From Candidatus Latescibacterota bacterium (GTDB lineage Bacteria; Latescibacterota; UBA2968; UBA8231), in assembly GCA_965200315.1 (NCBI GenBank), contig OZ241362.1:2240001-2304000 (forward strand): a stretch of 64,000 nt of DNA, in the 5' to 3' direction. The notes beneath the pieces were generated by a model. That model saw only the letters and a program-made list of their open reading frames with translations, did no database searches and was not told the DNA's origin. The position numbers were made by a program, and so were the translations under genes. Of the stretch, positions 17,810-27,490 are shown one piece after another (position 1 is the stretch's first letter; every line of letters begins with the position of its first letter).

Positions 17810-20800
17810 TACCTAGGTAGGATACGTGGTGCTAGTTCCTTCTTTAAGTTGGCGCGTGAAGAGAGCTGGACGAGGTCAAGGGTATCATTCTTATGTCCAA
17901 TTTGTACGAGCCGTGCAATCGGCCCCTCTGCCTCTGGCGAGAGACACTCTAAGTGTCCGAATACGATGACAGCATCCCGCGCTCTCGACAGAGCGACATT
18001 GAGCCGATGCCTATCGAGTAAAAACTGAACGCGACCACGATTCCTCGTCATTAGGAGGATCACAATGTCCGCTTCACCGCCCTGAACTGCATCTACAGTG
18101 GTAACCTTTATGTTGAAGTGGAAATTCGAGTTCTTGATCTCCTGATCAACAGCATTCCGCTGAGCTTTGTACGGACAAACCACTAAAACGCTCAACTCCA
18201 TATCTTTCGCCTGCCGCTGAAGGTGCCGTAGCACCGCGTGAAGTGCCTCCCTCTCTGTCCGGTTTTCTATCGACATTGAGGATTGACTCTTATATTGTCG
18301 GTAGGCCGAGACTTTCGTGAAATCGACAAATACCAATCGCTTGCTTGTTAACGTCCAGTCACCGTCTTTTCTGTGGGACTTGAGGTGCCCATCGTAAAAC
18401 AACTTGCTGACGATGTCACCGATATCCTTGTGCATACGGTACTGTGTTGTCAGCATACCTTTGTTGGAGTCGGGTAGCTGATCGAATATCTCGTGAAACA
18501 TGTTGCGCCGAAGGAGTTCCTCAACCTCCTTCAAAGATAACCTGTATCCAATACCCTCATCTAATACATCGGCTGTCACTGTTGGGGGCAACTGGTTGTG
18601 ATCGCCGACGAGAATGACCTTTCGGGCAACAGAGGCCGGAATAACTAGCTCTGCACCAAAGGCCTTTCCCGCTTCGTCAATAATCGCGATGTCGAACGTG
18701 CGATTCCATAACCCATAGTCGCGTCTAGCCATTCCGACACACGTCGCAGCATGGATCCGCCGCGGTCCCAAAAGCCACTTCGCCGCCGATTCTCGGCCCT
18801 CACGCGTGTCCAGCAACTCATTCCACCGTTTCCAAGATTCGTTCCCAAGCTCTTCTTCGTCTGGCTCCTTTTTTAAGCCCTCTAACAAGCGCGAATGCCA
18901 CACCGGCTCAAGCACGGTTCCCTCAACCCGCTCCACACTGCCGTAACGCACAACTTCCTCAGAGAGCCTGCCGGCCTTCATCAGGAGGTCGTTGACGAGC
19001 TTGTCGACCGCTACATGAGTTGGAGCTGCAATAAGAACGCTAGGCCACGTCTGTTCCTGCCCTTGCTTAAAAAGCGAAAGGAGCCAGTTCACGAGAAGCG
19101 TAGTCTTCCCAGTACCAGGTGGCCCCCAGACTGCCACAACAGCTTCATCAGAGTTCAACAACCTCTCGACAGGTGCCTTGCCGAGGTGACGGTTTTTAAC
19201 GGTATCACCTGATAGACCGAGGAGAGTCGAATGAACCCTTGCAGAAGCAAACTTTCCAAGAATGGCATGCTCAAGTGCCCTAGATAGGGTTTGCTGCTGC
19301 AAACCCTCGGCTTGTTCAATCCGGGAAAGTCCGAACGGCTTGATATCCCCAAAGTTTGCCTCAGCCGGGACGTCGAGTTCAAGACGGCAAATGCCAAGCT
19401 GTCGGTCTTTCCATTTGGCACGTTTCACCTTCCAACTGCGATCATGCCCAACTACCTGAAGTCTGGTGAACCCGTCAGCGGAAGTGGCTTCGTCAACCCA
19501 GACAGGAGGTTCGCTGTCTAAAATCGTGCCAACAACGACACGTCCACTACGTTCGCTCTTGCCAGGAAGAAAACCACAAGAACCCGTTATTTGATGGTAC
19601 TCTTGTTGATCTTGATAGATCAGTGACAGCTTCCTCAGGTGGCGGGCTGTTCTGCGTTGCAGCAGCATCTGCTTCTGACTACTGAGTTCCGCATGTATGG
19701 CTTCGACGAACAAATTGAAGAGCGAGCGATCTGCTTCTTTGTCATCTGGGGTCCCTGGAATAAAAGCGGTGATGCCAGCATGAACGCGAATGGAGATCGG
19801 CGAATCGATTTCATCGAAGAGTATATCTTCAAGGACAAATGCCTTGTGTTCTGCATCAACCGTCGTTACAAGTGTGACCTGACCCATCGTGAAGGCAATT
19901 CTGCCTGAGTCCATAAGATGTATTCGCCAAGGGGCATCAGTCTCATTGGAGATGCGTTCGTATGCCTGCACTAGGAGTGCCAACATCGCTTCGTTGACCG
20001 CCAGTAGGATAGGTGACCAGTACTTGCGGCTGCCTTCAATGCGAGGATGAAGACGAACACGAAGAGGCTGATCGCTACGTCGGTCAGCGATCTCTCGTAG
20101 CGTCCATATTTCGGGATAGACATCTGCGTTGCTCTCAGGCGTCAACCAACTATAATCTTGTGAACTCTTACACGGCAGAAGAAGTGGAGCCCCAAGATAT
20201 TCAAGTAGGATACCTTCTCTATCTCGATGAATGACCTTTGCGGGTAGTGCCCCACCACCGTCAAGCAGGTTGGCCTCAAGCAAAGCAGCACCTGTAGTCG
20301 TTACGCTTGCAACTCGCTTCTCGTGGTCAACATTGAAAAGCATTGCGCGTCCATTGAGGTCGCTGGACCAATCTTTCTCTTTGAGGCGGTAGCCATGAAG
20401 TTGCTTGGGGATCTTGCCATCAAAATGGACTAGCCCGGCCTCCCTTGGGAAGTCATTGGGTAACTCAAGGTCTCCTATACTCGGGATATTACTCTGGGCA
20501 CCACTTGCTACAGCAGAGAGGCTTCTCTTTAGCTGCCTCAAATAAGCCCGTTCCGCATTGATTTGGATCAGGGCAAGCTCGAGTTCCAAGACGATCTGAC
20601 GAAAGGAATCCCGCTCACGGCTACCGAAGGGCCTATCCAAGATTTTACGAGCTTTGGCTTGGCCAGCAACTAAGTCAGTAGCAACAGCATCTCTCATGTT
20701 GAGTTCCTGCTCAATGAAGGAATCCAAGTGATTCACGTAGTCGCTGATTAGAGGACGCCTAGCCCTTGCCTCAGCAGCATGAATTTGAGCAAGCTGTGCC

Positions 20801-20907
20801 TCTAGCGCATCAATTTCTTCCTGAACTTCGGCGGTACGACGACCGTTCCACCAGCTAACTGCACTGGCAGTGAGACTGATCCCGGCGATGGCGAGTAGAG
20901 GGACCAT
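17809..20907 (-). CDS. SF1B (UPF1/DNA2/NAM7-like) helicase with N-terminal hydrophobic anchor and coiled coil
   Basis: WGPPGTGKTT, APTHVAVD, IIDEAG, LVGDHNQLPP, QYRMH, CPYKAQ, TVDAVQGGE, RLNVALSRAR; N-terminus MVPLLAIAGISLTASAVSWW. Confidence 0.88.
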   Translation of the reverse strand: MVPLLAIAGISLTASAVSWWNGRRTAEVQEEIDALEAQLAQIHAAEARARRPLISDYVNHLDSFIEQELNMRDAVATDLVAGQAKARKILDRPFGSRERDSFRQIVLELELALIQINAERAYLRQLKRSLSAVASGAQSNIPSIGDLELPNDFPREAGLVHFDGKIPKQLHGYRLKEKDWSSDLNGRAMLFNVDHEKRVASVTTTGAALLEANLLDGGGALPAKVIHRDREGILLEYLGAPLLLPCKSSQDYSWLTPESNADVYPEIWTLREIADRRSDQPLRVRLHPRIEGSRKYWSPILLAVNEAMLALLVQAYERISNETDAPWRIHLMDSGRIAFTMGQVTLVTTVDAEHKAFVLEDILFDEIDSPISIRVHAGITAFIPGTPDDKEADRSLFNLFVEAIHAELSSQKQMLLQRRTARHLRKLSLIYQDQQEYHQITGSCGFLPGKSERSGRVVVGTILDSEPPVWVDEATSADGFTRLQVVGHDRSWKVKRAKWKDRQLGICRLELDVPAEANFGDIKPFGLSRIEQAEGLQQQTLSRALEHAILGKFASARVHSTLLGLSGDTVKNRHLGKAPVERLLNSDEAVVAVWGPPGTGKTTLLVNWLLSLFKQGQEQTWPSVLIAAPTHVAVDKLVNDLLMKAGRLSEEVVRYGSVERVEGTVLEPVWHSRLLEGLKKEPDEEELGNESWKRWNELLDTREGRESAAKWLLGPRRIHAATCVGMARRDYGLWNRTFDIAIIDEAGKAFGAELVIPASVARKVILVGDHNQLPPTVTADVLDEGIGYRLSLKEVEELLRRNMFHEIFDQLPDSNKGMLTTQYRMHKDIGDIVSKLFYDGHLKSHRKDGDWTLTSKRLVFVDFTKVSAYRQYKSQSSMSIENRTEREALHAVLRHLQRQAKDMELSVLVVCPYKAQRNAVDQEIKNSNFHFNIKVTTVDAVQGGEADIVILLMTRNRGRVQFLLDRHRLNVALSRARDAVIVFGHLECLSPEAEGPIARLVQIGHKNDTLDLVQLSSRANLKKELAPRILPR

Positions 20908-20919
20908 TTCGTTGCGCTA

Positions 20920-21342
20920 CTATTTCTTTAGTTGCACGATTTTGTCGGAGAGCTGCAACAGGTATTGATGTACCTCCTTCTTGTCATCGTCAGGAAGGTC
21001 TGGAGCCTTGGCTTTCTCCATAACATCGTCAAACAGCGACAACAGTCGCATCAGTGCTTCACGGGATTGTGCGAGCTCTTCCATTTTGGGCTTATTCTGT
21101 TCTCGGGTATCCTGCAAGTTAGCTTCCGCCTTTTGGACGTCAATCTCAGCTGCTCTGATACGTCCCTCCCACTCCACACAGGTTTTCTGAAGCTCTTTGT
21201 GGGACTTGAACACATCGCAAACAGATTGGATCGCGACAATTGCTTCCTTACATACCTGTAGCTTTGCAACCTCAACTTTCGTAGCAGCCATACCAGCGTT
21301 CTTGGCAATTTCAGCGGGGAGGTTCAATTTTTTGTCGAACAT
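20920..21342 (-). CDS. Hypothetical all-helical/coiled-coil protein (140 aa)
   Basis: Tightly packed in the operon, GAGGAG SD, heptad-like composition. Confidence 0.75.
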   Translation of the reverse strand: MFDKKLNLPAEIAKNAGMAATKVEVAKLQVCKEAIVAIQSVCDVFKSHKELQKTCVEWEGRIRAAEIDVQKAEANLQDTREQNKPKMEELAQSREALMRLLSLFDDVMEKAKAPDLPDDDKKEVHQYLLQLSDKIVQLKK

Positions 21343-21345
21343 CGT

Positions 21346-21861
21346 TCACTCCTCTGTTTGGACCGAAGTCTCGTTATAGTTTTTGAGTCCGTGGCGAAAA
21401 TCTGTCCACGCGCCTTCCAGCGACTGCAGTTGCCTGTCAAAGGCTTCCAAGTCCGGCAGTTCAGATGAACGAATAGCCTCAAGTTCATCCAAAGTCGTCC
21501 TGTATACACAGCTACAAGCCAAGACCAACTCACCAAGCCTTTTTTGTATATCCTTTCTCTGTTTTATTGCCTCCTTGGCTAAGTCCAATTGTTCGCCGAG
21601 TTGTTGACGCTCAAGTCGTAGCCGTTTCTCTTCGTACGGAATAAATTTTTGTAATCCATCTCGATGCTCTCTAGCGGCTCTGAGATTCAGATAGGAACTC
21701 ACAGCATCCGCGACTGAAACCGCCGCCTCGATAGCCAACAAAGCAGGATTGGCTTTCGCTGCTGCTCTCGTCAGACCCGTCTTAAGACCATGCTTGGCAG
21801 CGAGTCTTGCGCTACTTGCCATGAAAGTGAGAGCGTGTCTGGGGACATGAGTTGCCATCAA
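21346..21861 (-). CDS. Hypothetical protein with Ala-rich hydrophobic helix and coiled coil (171 aa)
   Basis: ATGA overlap with the upstream gene; NPALLAIEAAVSVADAV segment followed by a charged helical region. Confidence 0.75.
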   Translation of the reverse strand: MMATHVPRHALTFMASSARLAAKHGLKTGLTRAAAKANPALLAIEAAVSVADAVSSYLNLRAAREHRDGLQKFIPYEEKRLRLERQQLGEQLDLAKEAIKQRKDIQKRLGELVLACSCVYRTTLDELEAIRSSELPDLEAFDRQLQSLEGAWTDFRHGLKNYNETSVQTEE

Positions 21862-23429
21862 TCATTCACTCCTATAAGACACCAAGAGTCCGGAATTAAG
21901 TGCTTAGCAACCCTATCTGAAGCCACAGAGACACCATTCTTACCTATGGAGGGTAACGGAGGGAACGACGATCCCTTGAGCTTCCGCATAAAAACGCCTT
22001 CACTATCCTGCAACCGCCACAGCGTAGCTGTGTACGGTTCAAAAAACAGTGTCTCAAGAGACTCACCGTTCTTCCGTGCAACTGCATGGCATTGAACCAT
22101 AAGAAAGTTACGACATTTCGAGTTCCCATTCGCAGGGCGATATGGCTTCTCTCCAACCGGGGCGAAGACGCTCCACAGTCCGGCCAAGAGCCAGGGCTCT
22201 GGCGTGTCAATATAAACAGGCTTCCAAGGAAGTGATCCGTCGCGGCGCAGGAACACTCGCAATCGATCATCCTCTTGGAGACGTGCCAGTATCGATCGCT
22301 TATCTTCGGGGACGATACGTTCTATGAGCGTTTCAGGCAAAGCCTCATCGGTCGCTCGTAAAAACATATCCTCCGCTGGTCTGTTACGAGGCGGGCGGGG
22401 CCAATTACGAGGATGTTCGTCCTGTTCGCGCTGATCTTCGGCTAGAATAAATTGAGAGGATGGGTGTGCAGCACTCGCAAACAGGCCACGAATAGGGTCT
22501 GCATTAAGTTCTCTTGCGTGAACTACAGCCTCGGCAAGGTGCTTACCCTTCTTACTCGGACGCCACCCTTTAGCCAAGCCTTCCTCAACAAGGACTTTAT
22601 GTATCTGATCAAGTGTTAAGTATGGCAAGCCGGTAGTGGACTGAATGTCGTCCCGCGATCTTTCTGCGACGAGGTCCTCAAGGACATAAAGTACAACCGG
22701 GTCACAGCTTCGCGGTGTTTTTGCGATCGCCCATATTTTGAAGGGTAGGCTACTAAACGCGATAGAAATTTGTGGGGACTCGGGTTGTGGCAGGCACGCC
22801 CGAAGACTTCCAATAGCTCTCGCTCGCCGTTCTTTTTTATCGGTCAACCAGCCTTCAGGAAGTTCCACACGGGTGATTTTGACCTCAACTTCGTCCCCAA
22901 GAGCAACAACTTCGGAAGGATGGTCAATCCATTCCCAGCCGAGTTCCGCGATAGGTAACCAGACTCGGAAAGCACCCGAGTCTAAGATTACGCCCCGGTC
23001 CTTAAAATCGACGATCCTGCCTTTGAGTCGATCACCTTCATTCAGGCTTGAGAGTGCTGTGCGAGCTTTGGCCTCGGTAACGGCGCTGATACTTGCCTTC
23101 CATCCTTTGGGATCATGCTTGATGAGGACAAAATCGACTTCTTGCCCATCTTGAAGCACTTCGGATGGAGAATCGATAAAGCGATCTGCCATCTCATCCA
23201 AGAAGACGACGGCCGTGAGATTACTTGAGGCAACCTTGGCGAATTTATCGCCGACGTACTCGACGCGACCGCTTACGAGGTCGCCAGGGTTTGGCCCACT
23301 CCGAGCTGTTGATCTATATGGCCTATTGGATCGTGGCCTGTCGGGTCGTGAACGCTCTTGCTTAGCTTGCTTAGTAGGTTGCTCCCCTTCTCCAAAGAGC
23401 AAAGACAATAGGTTATTCCAGAGGCTCAC
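21858..23429 (-). CDS. Tandem S1 RNA-binding domain protein with putative winged helix and unknown C-terminus
   Basis: Two S1 repeats (GDLVSGRVEYV...PSEVLQDGQEV; GDRLKGRIVDF...HPSEVVALGDEVEVKI), then a helix-turn-helix-like segment (DIQSTTGLPYLTLDQIHKVLVEEGL). Confidence 0.8.
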   Translation of the reverse strand: MSLWNNLLSLLFGEGEQPTKQAKQERSRPDRPRSNRPYRSTARSGPNPGDLVSGRVEYVGDKFAKVASSNLTAVVFLDEMADRFIDSPSEVLQDGQEVDFVLIKHDPKGWKASISAVTEAKARTALSSLNEGDRLKGRIVDFKDRGVILDSGAFRVWLPIAELGWEWIDHPSEVVALGDEVEVKITRVELPEGWLTDKKERRARAIGSLRACLPQPESPQISIAFSSLPFKIWAIAKTPRSCDPVVLYVLEDLVAERSRDDIQSTTGLPYLTLDQIHKVLVEEGLAKGWRPSKKGKHLAEAVVHARELNADPIRGLFASAAHPSSQFILAEDQREQDEHPRNWPRPPRNRPAEDMFLRATDEALPETLIERIVPEDKRSILARLQEDDRLRVFLRRDGSLPWKPVYIDTPEPWLLAGLWSVFAPVGEKPYRPANGNSKCRNFLMVQCHAVARKNGESLETLFFEPYTATLWRLQDSEGVFMRKLKGSSFPPLPSIGKNGVSVASDRVAKHLIPDSWCLIGVND

Positions 23430-23533
23430 TGATCCCCCTGTTGTTATGGGGTACTTTCATCGGTAGGGTAGTGTTCTAAGAGAGTTTCGGGAGAAAGCTA
23501 TACAGTAGGGCCAGATTCTGATATGAACTAACT

Positions 23534-24346
23534 TCACGCCGCCCGCAGCTCATTCTCGGGCGCATTCTCCAGCCGCGACAGCCAGTAGGACACATCGTAG
23601 CTGTCGTCGCCGGTCAAGAAGCGCCACAGCTTGATGCGGTTGACGACCTCTAAGCGCACCTCGTTGCCGTACCAGCGATGGTTGGCGTTGAGCAGCGCGG
23701 AGACCTCCGCATCGTCGATATCGTCGGTGTTCCACAGCTTTTTCTGCCGCACCGTGGGGTTGAGCCGCAGCTTGAACATGTAGCGCTTGCGGCCGGTTAG
23801 GTTGGGCTGGGCGCAGTGCCAGATGCCGTGGTGCGCCACGGCCACCGTGCCGGCCTTGCAGACCATCGGCATCTGCCCGAGGAAGTTTTGATAGCGGGCG
23901 ATGTCCGACTCGCTGATGCGTCGGTAGTGACTGCCGGGCAGGAACATGGTACCGCCCATCTCCCTCGGCGTGTCATGAGCAAAGTAAAAAAACTGGACGT
24001 CAAAGTGCAGCCGGGTGTCGATAATCGCGTCGGCGTGCCAGATCTGCCCGTGCTGGTGGTGAGCATCAACCGTATGCACGGCGTGGTGGTCGTAGAGCGG
24101 GTCGGGGCCGACTAAGCTGTGAACGATCCCCTGAATCTGGGGCAGGCGCACCACTTGACCGATTACCGCATCGGCCCACAATTCGGCGAGCGGCGCGCCA
24201 GCGCGGCCCCGTGGGACCCCGGCTTCCATTTCCGCACATGCGGCGCGATTGATCTCGTCGGGCACCAGCTCGTCAAAGCGCAAAAAGCCATCGGCGACAA
24301 ACTGCGCCATCTGCTTGGTATTCAGGAGATATTGCTTATCGACCAT
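23534..24346 (-). CDS. Phytanoyl-CoA dioxygenase (PhyH) family Fe(II)/2OG oxygenase
   Basis: QFVADGFL, WHAD (HxD), GGTMFLPGSH, IWHCAQPN. Confidence 0.85.
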   Translation of the reverse strand: MVDKQYLLNTKQMAQFVADGFLRFDELVPDEINRAACAEMEAGVPRGRAGAPLAELWADAVIGQVVRLPQIQGIVHSLVGPDPLYDHHAVHTVDAHHQHGQIWHADAIIDTRLHFDVQFFYFAHDTPREMGGTMFLPGSHYRRISESDIARYQNFLGQMPMVCKAGTVAVAHHGIWHCAQPNLTGRKRYMFKLRLNPTVRQKKLWNTDDIDDAEVSALLNANHRWYGNEVRLEVVNRIKLWRFLTGDDSYDVSYWLSRLENAPENELRAA

Positions 24347-24620
24347 CGATTGCCTCCAGCTTTTCGAGGATGTACTCGTATTTCAGGTAGGACGTGTTGT
24401 ATTCCATGCCTGGATAGGCCGGGTACTGCTGGGGGAACTGCACCACCCGCCACCCGTCTCGCATGGCCGCCACCACCGAAGGATAGGGCGGTTCCTCGCT
24501 ATCGCCGCTGCTAGATCGGTCCTCGCCCGTGCCGTCGTACAGCGACCAAGCCACGGTTTGGCTGTGCAAATCGGGAGAATGGGCGTAGAGCACCAATAAT
24601 TTCTGCCTAAGCTGGGCCAT
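24336..24620 (-). CDS. Small conserved hypothetical protein coupled to phyH
   Basis: Overlaps the phyH start; PPY.SV.AAMRDGWRVVQ motif; host-like codon usage. Confidence 0.7.
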   Translation of the reverse strand: MAQLRQKLLVLYAHSPDLHSQTVAWSLYDGTGEDRSSSGDSEEPPYPSVVAAMRDGWRVVQFPQQYPAYPGMEYNTSYLKYEYILEKLEAIDGR

Positions 24621-24690
24621 CGCGTCCTCTCGTTAAGGGTATTCAATAATAGGACGCGACACAGCCCACAGCAATGAGCCTGTCGCCCGC

Positions 24691-25536
24691 TCAGTTGCTC
24701 GAAAACTCGACCAACTGCCCGCCGCACTCGTCTTTCATTTTTTCCAGCGCCCTGTTCCGCAACTGCCGTACGCGCTCGCGGGTGACGCCCATAGACTCGC
24801 CGATCTCCTCCAAGGTCTTGGGCGCGCTGTCGTCGAGGCCAAAATAAGCGCGGACGATGTGGGATTCGCGGGCGTCGAGCACCTTCATACAATCGACCAC
24901 CGCCGCGCGCATTTCGCCCTCGACGAAGCGCTCGTGCGAGCTGGGCTCGGCCGAGACAAAGGTCTGTGCATACGTCATCTCGCTGTCGGCAAAAGCAGGA
25001 GCGTCCAAGGGCATATCCGGCTGCCCCAGCTCAAAGGCGTTGCGAATGCGTTCCGCCGAGAAATCGACGCAGGCGGCGATTTCCTCAATAGTGGGAGCGC
25101 GCCCCAGCTCTTGAGCGAGGACATCGGCCTCCTTTTCGACCTTCTGCCGGTCGCTGACCCGGCTCAGCGGCGGGCGGGCAATTTTGCCGTGCTCGGCTAA
25201 GGCGCGGAGGATGGCTTGGCGAATCCACCACACCGCATAGGTGATGAACTTAAAACCGCGCGTCTCATCGAAGCGCCGGACCGCCTCCAGCAGCCCGAGA
25301 TTGCCCTCGGAAATCAGCTCGATCAACGAGAGACCAGACTCGTGGTACTCGCGGGCGACGCGGACCACGAAGCGCAAATTGGCCCGCACCAACGCCTGAC
25401 GCGCCTCTTCGTCGCCTGCTTTGGCGCGTTTGAAGAGGGCAATTTCTTCCTCGCGACTGAGCGGCTCGGCGTCTTTTATGTCGCGCCAGTAGAGATCGGT
25501 CGCCGAGTACATTGTTTCTCTGTTTTGTGCCTTCAT
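24691..25536 (-). CDS. RNA polymerase sigma factor, RpoD/SigA family (group 2-like, no region 1.1)
   Basis: LSREEE, ANLRFVV, EGNLGL, GFKFITYAVWWIRQ, TLEEIG..MGVTRERVRQ. Confidence 0.9.
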   Translation of the reverse strand: MKAQNRETMYSATDLYWRDIKDAEPLSREEEIALFKRAKAGDEEARQALVRANLRFVVRVAREYHESGLSLIELISEGNLGLLEAVRRFDETRGFKFITYAVWWIRQAILRALAEHGKIARPPLSRVSDRQKVEKEADVLAQELGRAPTIEEIAACVDFSAERIRNAFELGQPDMPLDAPAFADSEMTYAQTFVSAEPSSHERFVEGEMRAAVVDCMKVLDARESHIVRAYFGLDDSAPKTLEEIGESMGVTRERVRQLRNRALEKMKDECGGQLVEFSSN

Positions 25537-25652
25537 TTTAGTCCTCAACACTTTCAGATGGAAAACTTTTACGTTCACGTTAAGGTTTAACATAGAACAC
25601 CAAGTGAACATGCGCAAATACTATCTTTCAACGCACCAATCAGGCCAAACGT

Positions 25653-26075
25653 TCAATCCAAAGGCATTTGGCGACTCTTCTTTTTCTCGGAATGACGCCG
25701 CTTGCCGTCGAGGCGACGCGCTTGGGCAGCGCGGCTGGGCTTGGTTTTTTTGCGTTTGGGCTGCGTCTTGAGCGCCTCGGCAAGCAGGGTGGCCAGCTTA
25801 TTGAGGCAGTCGACGCGATTGCGCCTCTGTGTGCGAAATCGCTCCGATTGGATCGACAGCGCACCCGTGCTGTTCAGGCGCGTGGCGAGCTTCTCGGCAA
25901 TCCGCTGGCGCTGCTCGTCGCTGAGCACTGCACTGTGGACAAAGTCAAACTGTAACTCGACGGAGGTATTGAGCTTGTTGACGTTTTGTCCCCCCGGCCC
26001 AGAACTGCGGTGGAACTTGAATCGCAGTTCGGAAAGCGGGATGGAGAGCGAGGGTGAGACGTACAGGGTTTCCAT
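25653..26075 (-). CDS. arfB: Alternative ribosome rescue peptidyl-tRNA hydrolase ArfB
   Basis: SSGPGGQNVNK and basic C-terminal tail. Confidence 0.92.
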   Translation of the reverse strand: METLYVSPSLSIPLSELRFKFHRSSGPGGQNVNKLNTSVELQFDFVHSAVLSDEQRQRIAEKLATRLNSTGALSIQSERFRTQRRNRVDCLNKLATLLAEALKTQPKRKKTKPSRAAQARRLDGKRRHSEKKKSRQMPLD

Positions 26076-26211
26076 AACTGATGGTCGCTTTTCAGCCTGC
26101 TGGCTTGGGTGGTACGGCCTGCCGACTTGAAGATAACCTAATACCTATTCTTTATTATGTCTCATAGTACACCTGCTATCCTATCACGTTTTCGCCAAGG
26201 AGATATCCTCT

Positions 26212-27378
26212 ATGAAACGCTATACCGCGGCAATCGTCGGCTGTGGTTCCATCGGCAACGCCCACATGGAAGGCTACAATCTCGTGGACGAGGTCGAAGT
26301 GGTCGCCGTGGCCGATCCGGTTCCCATGGCCCGCAAAACCTACGTGGACGCATACGGCATCCCGCAGGAGTTTGAGACGGTCGAAGAGATGATGGAAAAG
26401 GCCCGGCCCGACATCGTCAGCGTCTGTACTTGGCACCTTTTGCATCCGGCACCCACCATTGCCGCAGCCACAGGCGGCGCCCGCGCCGTCATCTGCGAAA
26501 AACCCATGGCCATCGGCATGGCCGCGGCCGACTCCATGGTCAATGCCTGCGAGGCACACAACACCCAGCTAGTCATTAGCCATCAGCGCCGCTTCACCCC
26601 GGGCTGGGAAAAAGCCAAAGCGCTAGTCGAAGAGGGCGCGATTGGCGAGCCGATCTTTGTCACCAACAAGGTCGCCGACGGGCTGACCAATTGGGGTACG
26701 CATTCCATTGACGGCTCGCGCTTCGTGCTCGGCGACCCCCGCGCTCAATGGGTCATGGGCGGAGTCGAGCGCCGCACTGACCGCTACGAGCGCGACACCA
26801 TGATCGAAGACGCCTGTATGGGCTTGGTCCACTTCGCCGGCGATCTCCAGCTTTTCATTCAGTCCGACCTCATGCGCGAGGGGGCTGGTGCCGGTTGCTT
26901 TGAAATCCGCGGTAGCGAAGGGCTCTTATCGGTCAGCGAGACCCGGCTCCAGCTTATGAATGCCTCTTCTGGCGGCTGGCGGAAAGTCGATCTCGCGCTC
27001 ACCGAAGACACCAAGGCCATTGGGGGCAACACCAATGCCGCCCAAGTCCGCGAGCTCATCGCTTGTCTCGAAGGGCACAAGGACGAGCACCGCAACGCGG
27101 GTACCACGGCTCGCGACACCGTGGAAATTATGATGGCCCTCTACGAATCGGCGCGCCGCAACCGCGTGATCCACTTGCCGCTACAGGAAAAGAGCTATCC
27201 CCTCCAGCTCATGGTCGAGGAAGGTGGCCTGCCCCTAGAAGTCGAGGGGCACTACGACATTCGCGGCTTTCTCAAGCGCGAGGGCATTGACGAGGTTAAG
27301 TACAAAAAGCTCTGGGACGAGGGCATGGGGCACCACCAAATCATGCGCCAGCTCCACGACGAAATGGATGCGCATTAA
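26212..27378 (+). CDS. Gfo/Idh/MocA family oxidoreductase
   Basis: AIVGCGSIG, CEKPMA, GTHSID. Confidence 0.88.
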   Translation: MKRYTAAIVGCGSIGNAHMEGYNLVDEVEVVAVADPVPMARKTYVDAYGIPQEFETVEEMMEKARPDIVSVCTWHLLHPAPTIAAATGGARAVICEKPMAIGMAAADSMVNACEAHNTQLVISHQRRFTPGWEKAKALVEEGAIGEPIFVTNKVADGLTNWGTHSIDGSRFVLGDPRAQWVMGGVERRTDRYERDTMIEDACMGLVHFAGDLQLFIQSDLMREGAGAGCFEIRGSEGLLSVSETRLQLMNASSGGWRKVDLALTEDTKAIGGNTNAAQVRELIACLEGHKDEHRNAGTTARDTVEIMMALYESARRNRVIHLPLQEKSYPLQLMVEEGGLPLEVEGHYDIRGFLKREGIDEVKYKKLWDEGMGHHQIMRQLHDEMDAH

Positions 27379-27404
27379 CGCGGAAGCCGGGCCGGAGCAA
27401 CATA

Positions 27405-27433
27405 TTGACATTCCCCGGTCCCTCCTGTACTTT
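27405..27433 (+). promoter_or_regulatory. sigma70-type promoter for rpsR
   Basis: TTGACA-N17-TACTTT. Confidence 0.55.
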
Positions 27434-27490
27434 TTGTCCTTTTAATTTGTGTGCCCGCCCAAGCGGCGGACCTTAAAAAGGAGCGTCGTC

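Noticed and set aside
25595-25609. GAAC-N7-GAAC upstream of the sigma factor gene (alphaproteobacterial LexA-box-like)
   Set aside because: Only 8 informative bases, a single occurrence, and no evidence this lineage uses that motif.
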